From the NCBI GenBank assembly GCA_029288895.1, contig JARIGK010000001.1, positions 134,682 through 198,681 of the forward strand: a stretch of 64,000 nucleotides of DNA, in the 5' to 3' direction. The notes beneath the pieces were generated by a model, which was given only the letters and a program-made list of their open reading frames with translations, searched no databases and was not told where the DNA came from. Shown piece after piece: positions 49,607 to 58,910 of this stretch (its first letter is position 1; each line of letters begins with the position of its first letter). The DNA is from Candidatus Adlerbacteria bacterium. GTDB taxonomy: Bacteria > Patescibacteriota > Minisyncoccia > Phycocordibacterales > SBAW01. The position numbers and the translations under genes are program-made.

Positions 49607-49680
49607 GTTCTCTTCACAAAAGTACAGGGACTCAAGTGAATACTCGAAATCATCCTTTTATTGGGCTATATTAACGACAA

Positions 49681-50592
49681 ATGAGTATGAGATGGCCTAA
49701 AAAAAGGAGGACGGCATATTCTGTAACATCTCAGGCAAAAAATCATTTCTTTTCTTATATAGACAGCCTTAAGGTGAGAACTTTGATCGATGAGTTAAGA
49801 AGGGAGTTTGGCATTCCAAAAAATGGGTTCAGACATAGACCCAAAAAAGAAAATTCAGAAAGAAGGCCTTATTATCCCGATGAATACTGCATATATGTCT
49901 CTCCCTCGGGAGTTCTTTCGCCAGAACAAAGAAGGCTTTATAAGTTGATGAATGAAAAAGAAAAGGTGCTGGAAAAAGCCCTTGATAAATTAATGGAGAA
50001 ATTTGAGATTTGGCCCCATGATTTCTGGAGGAACGTTTTCTCTATCTATTTATTTCATGGTGAAGTTCCTGAAAAGTACTTCAAATACAGTTATACAAAA
50101 GAATTTTCGCCTGGTGGATTAATTCCGGACATTTGTTATGTCTATCCTCTTAACGATAGATTGCTCATAGAACTGAGAGATTGGGAGAAGCTAGGCGAAG
50201 ACGATGAAGTCAAAGTTTGGTACTTCGACGCCTTAAAAGAAGTTGCTCACAAATACCCTGTAGGGATTTTATTGTCACCATACATATCACTGACTCAGCT
50301 AAAAGCCTACATTTCTAAACAGTGGCCGGTAATTGAACGACAGCTAGATAATGCGTATATGCAGAAAGCATATGCAGACAATGAGGTCTTACAAAATTGG
50401 TCATTAGGTCGCACAAAACCGCGTGTTCTTCGGGAAAGAGATTCTTTCATAATGAAGTTACATCTCGAAGGTAAAGATCGAAAAACTATACTAGCAAGGG
50501 TGGTGAAGCGCTACGGAAAAAGAAATATGGATGCAAATTATATAAGCACAATTATTGCTCGAGAAAAGAAACACAACAGCGACCGTTCATAG
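49681..50592 (+). CDS. Hypothetical protein (island cargo)
   Basis: 303 aa, basic N-terminus, AT-rich codon usage unlike the core genes. Confidence 0.4.
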   Translation: MSMRWPKKRRTAYSVTSQAKNHFFSYIDSLKVRTLIDELRREFGIPKNGFRHRPKKENSERRPYYPDEYCIYVSPSGVLSPEQRRLYKLMNEKEKVLEKALDKLMEKFEIWPHDFWRNVFSIYLFHGEVPEKYFKYSYTKEFSPGGLIPDICYVYPLNDRLLIELRDWEKLGEDDEVKVWYFDALKEVAHKYPVGILLSPYISLTQLKAYISKQWPVIERQLDNAYMQKAYADNEVLQNWSLGRTKPRVLRERDSFIMKLHLEGKDRKTILARVVKRYGKRNMDANYISTIIAREKKHNSDRS

Positions 50593-50637
50593 TTATTGTT
50601 GTCGCCATAGAGGGTTCGCTGGGAATATAGTTTTCCC

Positions 50638-50898
50638 ATGCTGAATGAAAATGACCTGTTCGAAACCAGCGATCTGCCACTCGTAGCAGCTCTCCTTTCG
50701 CATGGGGCAAAGATTGAGTTTCTGGAGCGAAATGGTGGCCCACGGGTCAGCTTCTATTTCCGCCGAGAACGGGCTCTAGATAAGCTCGTAGAGGCCTTTT
50801 GGGCGCACTCACTTACAGTTGAGCCACTCCAGTATTTTAATGCCTTGAAAGAAGCGAAAACGCGCCTTTATGGTGTGCCTATAATCTATGGAAATTAG
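50638..50898 (+). CDS. DUF5659-like small protein
   Basis: LFETSDLPLVAALLSHGAKIEFLERNG...FYFRRERALDKLVEAFW...ALKEAKTRLYG fits the DUF5659 pattern. Confidence 0.45.
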   Translation: MLNENDLFETSDLPLVAALLSHGAKIEFLERNGGPRVSFYFRRERALDKLVEAFWAHSLTVEPLQYFNALKEAKTRLYGVPIIYGN

Positions 50899-51039
50899 CC
50901 TGGAAAAACTAGAGGAATTTATAGCTCTATATCGCCAGGAATATGGATTGGATCTAACTCCGGCTGAAGCTCTGGAGCAGGCAATTCCTTTAATTTTACT
51001 CGTGCAAATTGTTAAGAATTGATAAGTTCCGAATGAAAA

Positions 51040-51522
51040 ATGAATATGGAACCGATTAAAAACTTTGTACCTTTCCCTCGTCGAATCTTAAGCGACGTTC
51101 TTAATGGACGCATGAGTGGTCCAGAGTTTTTTGTATATGCGTGGATACGTGGCAAGGGCAATCCTTATGCAGTTTCCCAAGTATCAATCCCGGAAATTAG
51201 GGCTGCCTACCCTGGCACAGTCAGCGACAATCATATCTATAAACTCATTCGCTCCTTACGAAAGAAGAAGTACCTTTACTACCCGGACCGTGCTGGACGT
51301 AGAGGTTCGTTCGAGGTGCATATGGGCGAATGGACACTACCTGACGGGAGTTTTAAGACTCTGGAAAGATTCTTTGTGCAGCAAACAGTCAGAACTTCAC
51401 AACCGGCGTCACCTCCAGTTCGCCCAGAGGTTAGGGATGAAAACAAAGACGTTAATCAGGGGTTCGAAATGATGAAAAAACATATGGCAGAACGTTTTAA
51501 ACTACCTCCTTCGAATGAATGA
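51040..51522 (+). CDS. Hypothetical protein (possible DNA-binding/replication function)
   Basis: 160 aa, basic. Confidence 0.35.
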   Translation: MNMEPIKNFVPFPRRILSDVLNGRMSGPEFFVYAWIRGKGNPYAVSQVSIPEIRAAYPGTVSDNHIYKLIRSLRKKKYLYYPDRAGRRGSFEVHMGEWTLPDGSFKTLERFFVQQTVRTSQPASPPVRPEVRDENKDVNQGFEMMKKHMAERFKLPPSNE

Positions 51523-51737
51523 ATCAGAGCTTACTAGAATGAGAATAAGAAAAAGAAAAATATATCTTTGTCGAACTTATTCGCCTCTTTTTGGCTTTGA
51601 TTCTTTGATTAAATATCAAAATAATCAAAATTTATTCCGCCATGGAATTATCGGACATTATGGGAGGCTTTTTGACACTATAAAAAGGGATTTTTGGGAG
51701 CAGTACGCGCGTAGAAGCGAGAGATATACTTAACGTT

Positions 51738-53352
51738 ATGGAAGGTGCCAAGAAATACATTTTGTACGCTCGTAAAAGCTCCGAGTCTGAAGATAGACAA
51801 ATGGCCTCGATTGATTCTCAGGTACAAGAGCTTCAAAAACTCGCTGCAGAGCTTCGTTTAGAGGTCGTAGACGTGCTTTCGGAGTCTCAGTCTGCCAAAG
51901 CTCCGGGCAGGCCTGTTTTTAATACCCTGCTCGCTCGGATTCAGGCTGGAGAGGCCGATGGCATCCTTTGTTGGAAGATTAATCGTCTGGCTCGTAACCC
52001 GATAGATGGCGGACAGATAAGCTGGTTGCTCCAGGGCGGAACGCTGAAGCATATACAGACCTTTGGTCGAGGCTATTACTCCACCGACAATGTCATCATG
52101 ATGGCGGTGGAGCTTGGTATGGCGAACCAGTTTATCCGTGACCTAAGTACTGACACAAAGCGTGGATTGAAAGCCAAGGCAGAGCGCGGCTGGTATCCAA
52201 CTTTTGCTTCCATCGGGTATATGCACAATCCTTATAAACACAAAGGGCAAAAAGAAATAATCGAGGATCCAGAACGTTTTGATTTGGTGCGGAAGATGTT
52301 CGACTTTATGCTCACGGGCAACTACACTCCGCCCAAGATTTTAGAGCTGGCCAACGATCAGTGGGGTCTTCGAACTCGCCAGGGCAATAAAATAGCTCGA
52401 AGTAATATCTACCGTATTTTTTCTGATCCCTTCTACTACGGCGAATTTGAGTACCCCAAAGGCAGCGGTAACTGGCACAAAGGACAGCACAAAGCGATGA
52501 TAACAAGGCAGGAGTTCGACCGAATCCAGTTTTTTGATTGGACGCAAGGATTCAATACGACCCAAGACCTATGAATTTGATTTCAGAGGACCAATCCACT
52601 GTGGTGAGTGCGGAGCAATGATCACCGCAGAACATAAACTCAAGCGCCAGAAGAATGGGCTGGTTCGAAGCTATATTTATTACCACTGCACAAAACGCAA
52701 ACAGATTGCCTGCTCCCAGCCGTCAATCGAAGAAAAAGAGCTAAATCGGCAGATATCTGAAATCGTTGGAAGATTGGAAATACCCGAATCGTTTTATAAG
52801 TGGGCCATGGACATCCTTAGAGAACAAAACGCAGTGGAGTCCAAGGGCAGAGAGCAGATCGTCGCCCGACAAAGAAAAGAATACGATTTAGTAATGGAGA
52901 AAATAGATCGACTGATCGATCTGAGGTCTGCAGGGGAAATCACGGCAGATGAGTTTGCGGACAGGAAGCGCTTTTTAAACGGTGAAAAAAGCGCTCTGGA
53001 GGCTCTCTTGGCCACGACAGCCGCCGGGGTCAGTGAGTGGCTAGACACCGTCGATAAGTATTTTTCATTTGCTGAAAGTGCCAAGCGCGCGTTCGATCAC
53101 GGCACTCTGGAGATAAAACGGGAGATTTTAGGGGCTCTTGGTTCGAACCTTCTTTTGAAAGATAGGAAATTGAGCGTCAGTCTCGCTAAACCTCTGACTC
53201 TTATCGAAACGGTAGCTTCTGAAGCTCGCACTATTAGCCAAATGTTCGAACCTCTAGACACCGTTGTTAAACAACGTGATATCAGACAAATCTACTCTGA
53301 AAATCCTAACTTGCTCCGCGACCAGGACTCGAACCTGGAACCAACTCCTTAA
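51738..53352 (+). pseudogene. Large serine recombinase (integrase), disrupted by a +1/-1 frameshift in a T6 run
   Basis: ORF1 (51738-52574) is the resolvase catalytic domain (YARKSSESEDRQ) plus recombinase domain. ORF2 (52534-53352) is the zinc ribbon (CGECGAM...C) plus coiled-coil. Deleting one T at 52530-52535 fuses them. The 3' end overlaps tRNA-Asn by 39 nt. Confidence 0.8.
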
Positions 53353-53385
53353 CAGGGAGCTGCTCTACCATTGAGCTATCGCGGA
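53314..53385 (-). tRNA. tRNA-Asn (anticodon GTT)
   Basis: Cloverleaf folded by hand: 7-bp acceptor stem UCCGCGA/UCGCGGA, D-arm GCUC/GAGC, anticodon loop CUGUUAA, variable loop UGGUU, T-arm CCAGG-UUCGAGU-CCUGG, discriminator G. CCA is not encoded. Confidence 0.85.
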
Positions 53386-53591
53386 ATGTTTTTGACCGCT
53401 TGCGCGGCTGTGAGAAATATAGCGTATTTAGGGCAAGAAGAAAACCCTCCCTGCGCGGTTGAGGGTGTGGGGTACATTTCTAACCGCTGCCTACGCGGGA
53501 TTTCTGTTTTTCAATTTATATAAATTTTATAACTATTTGATGCACTATCTGCTAGGGTCAAAAAAGAGGGAATACGGGAAAGCGAGGGGGA

Positions 53592-53813
53592 ATGAATGCG
53601 GAAAAACTGCTTGAGTTCTATCGCTATCAAGAAAAGTTTTATTCGAGTAAAATCGAAGAAACGCGCGCCATAGCGAAGGACGCCCATACTGCAGTAGTTA
53701 AAAGAGGATGGGAGGTGTTGATCCAGCATTGGGAGCGCATGCATACAAACGCTCAGGCCCAGATCTGTGCATTAGAAAAACAGATAGAGGACCAACGCCA
53801 CAGTAGGCAGTAG
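53592..53813 (+). CDS. Small hypothetical protein
   Basis: 73 aa with SD-like GAGGGGGAATG upstream. Confidence 0.3.
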   Translation: MNAEKLLEFYRYQEKFYSSKIEETRAIAKDAHTAVVKRGWEVLIQHWERMHTNAQAQICALEKQIEDQRHSRQ

Positions 53814-53849
53814 GTCCTCTTTTTCTGTCTCACGTTGTGTGTTGTTTTT

Positions 53850-54527
53850 TTACTGCACAACTATTGTTGCCGTTGCAGTGTCGCCGCCAGTGCCAAGGAA
53901 GGTGTAGGTGTACGTGCCGGGGATGCTCGGGAGGCGGACGCTGCCTGTCGAGAAGTTGCCGCCGCCATCTGCGTGTGCGTGTGCCACCTGCATACCACTC
54001 ATCATAACCATGACATCTTCTTCAGCCATAAAGTTGTGACCGCCGAAATCAATTTGGTCGCCCGCTGCTTTCATCATGCCCTGTTGGTCGATGTGCGCGA
54101 CGCCCATCATTGGTGGAGTTGTGGTGCCGCCGTCTGGCATTGTAGTGGTACCCATGCCAAGGAGGTAATGGATAAACCATTCAAGTTGCGAGGTGAAGTT
54201 GGGGAAGGTAGGTTCGAGCCCACGCAATGCACTGATAAACGAATTCAAGTCGCCGGACGTTGGCGGAGTTGTAGTGCCTGTGGTGCTTGTGCCTGTTGAT
54301 GTGCTAAAAACAGTGCCCGTGAGCATACCTTGGAGCATGCTGCTTGTTGTGGACGACGTTGTTGTTGCAGTTGTCGATGTTGCTGTTGCAGATGATGCGT
54401 CAATAACAGTCCCTGTTAATGTGTTCGATGTCGAAGTGGCTTGTTGTGCATGAGCGAGCGCAGTAGTGCTACCAATACCAATAATGAGCGCCGCACTCAT
54501 GAGCCACAGTATGTTCTGTGCTCTCAT
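53850..54527 (-). CDS. Secreted Ser/Thr-rich protein, hypothetical
   Basis: Signal peptide (MRAQNILWLMSAALIIGIGSTTALAHA), T/S-rich linkers, and a Met/His-rich segment. Confidence 0.45.
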   Translation of the reverse strand: MRAQNILWLMSAALIIGIGSTTALAHAQQATSTSNTLTGTVIDASSATATSTTATTTSSTTSSMLQGMLTGTVFSTSTGTSTTGTTTPPTSGDLNSFISALRGLEPTFPNFTSQLEWFIHYLLGMGTTTMPDGGTTTPPMMGVAHIDQQGMMKAAGDQIDFGGHNFMAEEDVMVMMSGMQVAHAHADGGGNFSTGSVRLPSIPGTYTYTFLGTGGDTATATIVVQ

Positions 54528-54675
54528 CGAACAACTCTACGCCTCGCGTAGTAAATGGTGGGTGAACCCATGCGCACAAAGTTGCTTTTTTTCAAAAGTA
54601 ATGTAGAGTTTTGGGCGGATAGACTCCCGCGGTGCGTATGTGTCGCCGTGCAATCTGGGTGAGGGAATACATACT

Positions 54676-55443
54676 ATGTGGACCTTTTTCAAAGCGTTTG
54701 GCGCTCTTCTGGCGTTCAAATACTTAGTGTTTTGGATGGAAACGAAGTATCACTTCGTGGCCAACTTCATCGCGAACTCGCAGGGTATCATCGCGCAGAA
54801 GGTGCCGTCCGTCCTAGGGCTTCCTGTCACTGCGATGTCTGTCGCGTTTGCGGCCAGTATCGTCGTGGCAGTGGTCTGCTCGATCAGGTGGCCAATGCTT
54901 ATGCCAGCACTTATCGTCATGAGTGTTGTCGAATTGCTGGCGTTCTTTCCGCAGATCAACCAGCACTTCGACAATCCGCAGACGGCGTTCTGGTCTCTGA
55001 ACGGCGCGATCTCAATCGTGGTCTCGGCGTTCCTGCTCGACCGCCGCGAGATGTGGCACGTCTATAGCTTCTGGCGAGTGGTTTCCAAACTGGTCTTGCC
55101 GGTTGCTTTCGTCGCGATCAACTTCGCGCTGTCTCTGATCTATGCCAACGTCGCGTTCAACGATAAGCGCTTCTGGATCTCGGGTCTGCTTATCGTGGCC
55201 TCCTGCACGACGGTGTTCTTCACCAGCCTTCTGGGCCTCGAAGATCTGGCGTTCTCGATCCGTAACGCGAGGCGCCTGCCCAAGATCGAGGATGATCTGA
55301 AGAAAGCCAACGAGGAAGTCGTCCGTCTGCAAGGGTTGGTCTCCAAGCCGACGCTTGTTCCTGAAACGCCGGCTCCTCCGGCAGCTCCTACCACTCCAAC
55401 TCATTTGAAGGCCGTTACAATCGAACGGGCGCGGGCGAGTTAA
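54676..55443 (+). CDS. Hypothetical polytopic membrane protein with a coiled-coil / Pro-rich tail
   Basis: SD site GAGGGA upstream of the ATG at 54676. About six TM helices. Confidence 0.45.
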   Translation: MWTFFKAFGALLAFKYLVFWMETKYHFVANFIANSQGIIAQKVPSVLGLPVTAMSVAFAASIVVAVVCSIRWPMLMPALIVMSVVELLAFFPQINQHFDNPQTAFWSLNGAISIVVSAFLLDRREMWHVYSFWRVVSKLVLPVAFVAINFALSLIYANVAFNDKRFWISGLLIVASCTTVFFTSLLGLEDLAFSIRNARRLPKIEDDLKKANEEVVRLQGLVSKPTLVPETPAPPAAPTTPTHLKAVTIERARAS

Positions 55444-55472
55444 TCTCAAGCTCGAGTCGATTTTTCTGCCTT

Positions 55473-55510
55473 GGCCGGACCCTTCACGGGGCCCGGCCTT
55501 TTTCTTTTTT
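55473..55510 (+). terminator. Intrinsic terminator
   Basis: GGCCGGACCC TTCAC GGGGCCCGGCC followed by TTTTTCTTTTTT. Confidence 0.6.
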
Positions 55511-55604
55511 CAAAAGCTTGCAAAATTTAATAGTTGTGGTATTAAATATATTGTTGAGTTCTCTATAGTAGAAGCCCAAAAAGGGCAGAAAGGCAGAGTG
55601 AAAA

Positions 55605-56351
55605 GTGACAGATGCAACCGTGCCGGGCGCCAAAGAGGCCCCGGCTGCTACGCCGCTCCCGAAGGTTCTTCGGGAGAAGAAGGTCATCGAATTCGTGCAT
55701 TGCTATTCGCACGGGCTCGCGATCTACTACTGGCCGCTGTTCGTCGTGCCGCTGATTATGGGCGTGCTCGTCCATTTCGGCGTCGTCGGCGGCAAGGCCG
55801 CATGCTGGACGGTGATTTTTGCCTACTACCTGGTCGGCAACGTCGCCTTCGACCTCTCAAGGACGGCCGCTTTCGCGCTTGGCGCGTTGGTGTTCGGTCT
55901 TGTGATGGCCGCGCTCTTCGCCCAGGCGCAGTGGCAGATCCCGTTCTTCCACTGGCTCGGCGTCCAGCTCTCGTCCATTCCGATGGATTGGACATTGGAG
56001 GTGCAGGGTATTTTCTTCACCCTCGCGGCGATCTTCTTCGGCCTCTGGTGCTACGAAATCGTGGATTCCATCACGGACGGCAAGTGGGTGTTCTCGCGCA
56101 ACGAGTTCGTCCACGATCAGTGGGGTCGTCGTGACAAGAGCCTGGCTCGCGGCCAGTGCACCGTCACGGTCTCGACGCCCGATCGCTTCAAGTGGCTTCT
56201 CGGCTTGGGCGGCGCCCAGATCGAGATCCATGCTGCGGAGGACAACAACCGCGTCCATGCGATCATCCCGAATGTGATCTTCGGCGCCCGCAAGGGCCGG
56301 CAGATCCATGCACTACTGCAAGCGTTGCAGGTGGTCAAGCTCTCATCGTAG
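55605..56351 (+). CDS. Hypothetical membrane protein (4 TM + soluble C-terminal domain)
   Basis: GTG start. GC3-rich codon usage. Confidence 0.4.
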   Translation: MTDATVPGAKEAPAATPLPKVLREKKVIEFVHCYSHGLAIYYWPLFVVPLIMGVLVHFGVVGGKAACWTVIFAYYLVGNVAFDLSRTAAFALGALVFGLVMAALFAQAQWQIPFFHWLGVQLSSIPMDWTLEVQGIFFTLAAIFFGLWCYEIVDSITDGKWVFSRNEFVHDQWGRRDKSLARGQCTVTVSTPDRFKWLLGLGGAQIEIHAAEDNNRVHAIIPNVIFGARKGRQIHALLQALQVVKLSS

Positions 56352-56373
56352 GGCTTCGGCGCACAAACATAGA

Positions 56374-56408
56374 GCCGGTATCCCACAAGGATGCCGGTTT
56401 TTCTTTTT
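56374..56408 (+). terminator. Intrinsic terminator
   Basis: CCGGTATCC CACAA GGATGCCGG followed by TTTTTCTTTTTC. Confidence 0.5.
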
Positions 56409-56470
56409 CTATACATGATCTTGACAAAAGGGGATAGATAGTTGCATAGTATTCTCAGGAGGACATAGAT

Positions 56471-56650
56471 ATGCTCAAAAAGGTCTCGGAGTTTCTGCTC
56501 AAATGCTTGGGCAAGCTCGCGCTTTCGACCATGGTCATCGGGCTCTGTTTCCTGGTCGCCGTGGTGTTTTCAATGATCGGCGCTTCAATTGAATCGCTTG
56601 GCCACACCATCGAACACGCGGCCCAGCAATTTGAAGTGGGCACGCACTGA
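56471..56650 (+). CDS. Small membrane protein (59 aa), hypothetical
   Basis: SD site AGGAGGA 7 nt upstream of the ATG. One TM helix. Below the ORF-track cutoff. Confidence 0.35.
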   Translation: MLKKVSEFLLKCLGKLALSTMVIGLCFLVAVVFSMIGASIESLGHTIEHAAQQFEVGTH

Positions 56651-56662
56651 AGGGAGAAGGAC

Positions 56663-56971
56663 ATGGTTTCTGCAATCCGCAGATGGTATCTGTATGATCG
56701 ACGCAACGCCAGGCAGGGCATCTTCTTAATGGTGGCGACCGCGCTTTGTTTGGGTGGTGCGTACATGTTGCCACGCCCAGAAGAGACGGGGCCGCTGCCC
56801 GAGCCGACGACGTCCAGTTGGACCATCAAGTGTTATGAGGCGAGGAGCCTCGAGGTGGATCAGCTGATGCGCAAAATCGCGCAGTCGCAGACCATGCGGG
56901 GGTATAGATACCTCGGCAATGGCTATGGCTGCAATGATGCGCACGCCGTGGCGGAGTACATCATCGATTAG
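56663..56971 (+). CDS. Small membrane-anchored protein (102 aa), hypothetical
   Basis: SD site GGGAGAAGG upstream of the ATG at 56663. One TM helix. Confidence 0.4.
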   Translation: MVSAIRRWYLYDRRNARQGIFLMVATALCLGGAYMLPRPEETGPLPEPTTSSWTIKCYEARSLEVDQLMRKIAQSQTMRGYRYLGNGYGCNDAHAVAEYIID

Positions 56972-57094
56972 CTGGGCAACCAGCGCAAACAAAAGGCTCA
57001 GGCGAAATCCTGGCCTTTTATTTTTTCAGTACCCTTGACTATTTTAATTTTTAAAGTATAAATACATCGGAAACTTTCACAAGGAGGAACAGCC

Positions 57095-57865
57095 ATGGAG
57101 CTGTCGCATTTACTGCTGTATTTTTCGGAACTGATGTGCGCCCTGGTCTGCTGGGAAATGCTCAAGTTGGGCATGGACCACCAGACCGCGAAGTGCCGCA
57201 TCGCACAGGGTGCTGAAGGTGCGCATGAAGTCGGGCAGTTCGCTCCCGGCTACTTCACCTTCCTCACCGTCCAAACCTTCCCGCTATTGTTAACAGGGGT
57301 GGTCATCGGCGATGTGTTCATCACACTCACGCGTAGCGCTATGCTCGGCATCGCGCTCGTGACGTATGCCCTGACGATCAGCGCTGATGGTGCGCTCGAT
57401 AATAAGCGCATGCGGTGGTGGGCACGCTTCTGGATCATCGCGCTCATATTGGGCACGATGGTATGGAAACAGTCTCCGGAAGTGCGCGGCTTCGTGCACG
57501 ACTGGGAGAAGTGGATTGCGGCGGCATCGGTAATCACGATGCTCGTATTTTTCTTCTTCGGCCAGCTGCGCGTGGGGTTACAGCTCTGGCGCCACTTCCT
57601 TGGTGGCAACACCACAAACAAGCGTCTGAGCATCCAGTTCAAGCGCCTGCTCTACTTCGCACCGCAGGCCATCTTCTATGGGATGGTGCCGTCGTCGGCG
57701 GACCCGATCAGCCTCCCGTTCCTGAGCTTCTTGGGGACGTTCGATCCGATCTTCTTCAATGGTGTCACCGGCACCCTCGGCGTCATCTTCGTCCTCGCGC
57801 TGGCCTTCTTTGGCAAGCTGTTGGGCGCAGGCAATCGTACGCAAGATACGATGGCGCGAGCCTAA
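57095..57865 (+). CDS. Hypothetical polytopic membrane protein
   Basis: SD site AAGGAGGA upstream of the ATG at 57095. Six to seven TM helices. Confidence 0.45.
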   Translation: MELSHLLLYFSELMCALVCWEMLKLGMDHQTAKCRIAQGAEGAHEVGQFAPGYFTFLTVQTFPLLLTGVVIGDVFITLTRSAMLGIALVTYALTISADGALDNKRMRWWARFWIIALILGTMVWKQSPEVRGFVHDWEKWIAAASVITMLVFFFFGQLRVGLQLWRHFLGGNTTNKRLSIQFKRLLYFAPQAIFYGMVPSSADPISLPFLSFLGTFDPIFFNGVTGTLGVIFVLALAFFGKLLGAGNRTQDTMARA

Positions 57866-57871
57866 TACATG

Positions 57872-57917
57872 GGCCGCAGAATGAATTCATACTTCATTCT
57901 GCGGCCTTTTCTTTTTG
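57872..57917 (+). terminator. Strong intrinsic terminator
   Basis: 14-bp stem GGCCGCAGAATGAA / TTCATTCTGCGGCC followed by TTTTCTTTTT. Confidence 0.75.
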
Positions 57918-58015
57918 GAAATACACTCTCAGGGAAGAGCTAGACATTTCAAAAAATTATGCTATAACTACGTCAGACGATAAAATTCAAATTCAAGCAA
58001 GAAGGAGAAGGGACC

Positions 58016-58861
58016 ATGAGTCCTGAACAGGAACAGTTGCTAATGGACCAGGAGTCCAGAACCAGGCTCCCGGACCCCGACGAGGTGCTCAACTTCGGTT
58101 ACTCGATCTACGTGGCCGACGATGACTCTTCGACCCCGCAGTCGCGGTTGGTCGCCAGACACAACGTGCGGCGACATCGCATGACGCAGCCCCGAAATGA
58201 TGTCGAGAGAGCATATCTTCTCTCGGCTCATGATATCGCCGTGGCATTCAGCCGTTCGCTGAGCAGGCGCAAGGGGCTCTGGCTCCAGGAGATACGGGAC
58301 GCTCGAGAAGAATACGATTTCGAGCGACTGAGACTGGCGGAAGCCAGAAAGGAGATGGCGTTCTTCACCATCAGCTGGGGTCTCGTCAAGATGGCCGCTG
58401 TGGCCCTGCTCGGGTACGTCACCGCGCAGGTCATTGGGTTCTTCATCCCTGCAGACATCGCCAGCGAAACTGGGAGTAAAATCCCTGGCATCCTTGGCGG
58501 CCTAGTCTTCGTCTGCTTCTTTCGCTGGCTCGTATCAACCTTCAACGACCAACGTCGCGGCGAAGTCGACAGTCGGTATCGTCAGCGTATAACGGAAGCG
58601 AACGATGTCTACGACGAGGGCAAACTTTCGGAGTTCCGCCTCTACCAGGCGAAGCTCTGTGAAGCCTGGCTCCAGTACACCGCGGAGGAGTACGTGAGTA
58701 AGATCTCGTACGTCGATGTCATGGAGAGCGATCTCCGTGCTCGTCGTCAGATCCAGCGCCGGTTGAACAACAGCCGCACGCTCACGGTCGCTCTTCGAGT
58801 GTTCCGTCTGCAGAAGGCCATCCTTGTGCAGATCACACGCAGGCGTCGCGCTGTCGCCTGA
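58016..58861 (+). CDS. Hypothetical protein with two central TM helices
   Basis: SD site GAAGGAGAAGG upstream of the ATG at 58016; 281 aa. Confidence 0.45.
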   Translation: MSPEQEQLLMDQESRTRLPDPDEVLNFGYSIYVADDDSSTPQSRLVARHNVRRHRMTQPRNDVERAYLLSAHDIAVAFSRSLSRRKGLWLQEIRDAREEYDFERLRLAEARKEMAFFTISWGLVKMAAVALLGYVTAQVIGFFIPADIASETGSKIPGILGGLVFVCFFRWLVSTFNDQRRGEVDSRYRQRITEANDVYDEGKLSEFRLYQAKLCEAWLQYTAEEYVSKISYVDVMESDLRARRQIQRRLNNSRTLTVALRVFRLQKAILVQITRRRRAVA

Positions 58862-58868
58862 ATCTTTG

Positions 58869-58910
58869 GCCGCATCAGGGGTAACACCTTGATGCGGCTT
58901 TTCTTTTTTA
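58869..58910. terminator. Bidirectional intrinsic terminator
   Basis: GCCGCATCAGG GGTAACACC TTGATGCGGC followed by TTTTCTTTTTT. Confidence 0.55.

Larger units (their letters stand above)
45280..53385. mobile_element. Integrated genomic island at the 3' end of tRNA-Asn (about 8.1 kb)
   Basis: A large serine recombinase abuts and overlaps the tRNA 3' end. The 10-bp direct repeat TTGCTCCGCG sits at both boundaries. Cargo includes the LexA-like/Y-polymerase cassette, DUF5659 and AT-richer genes. Confidence 0.55.
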
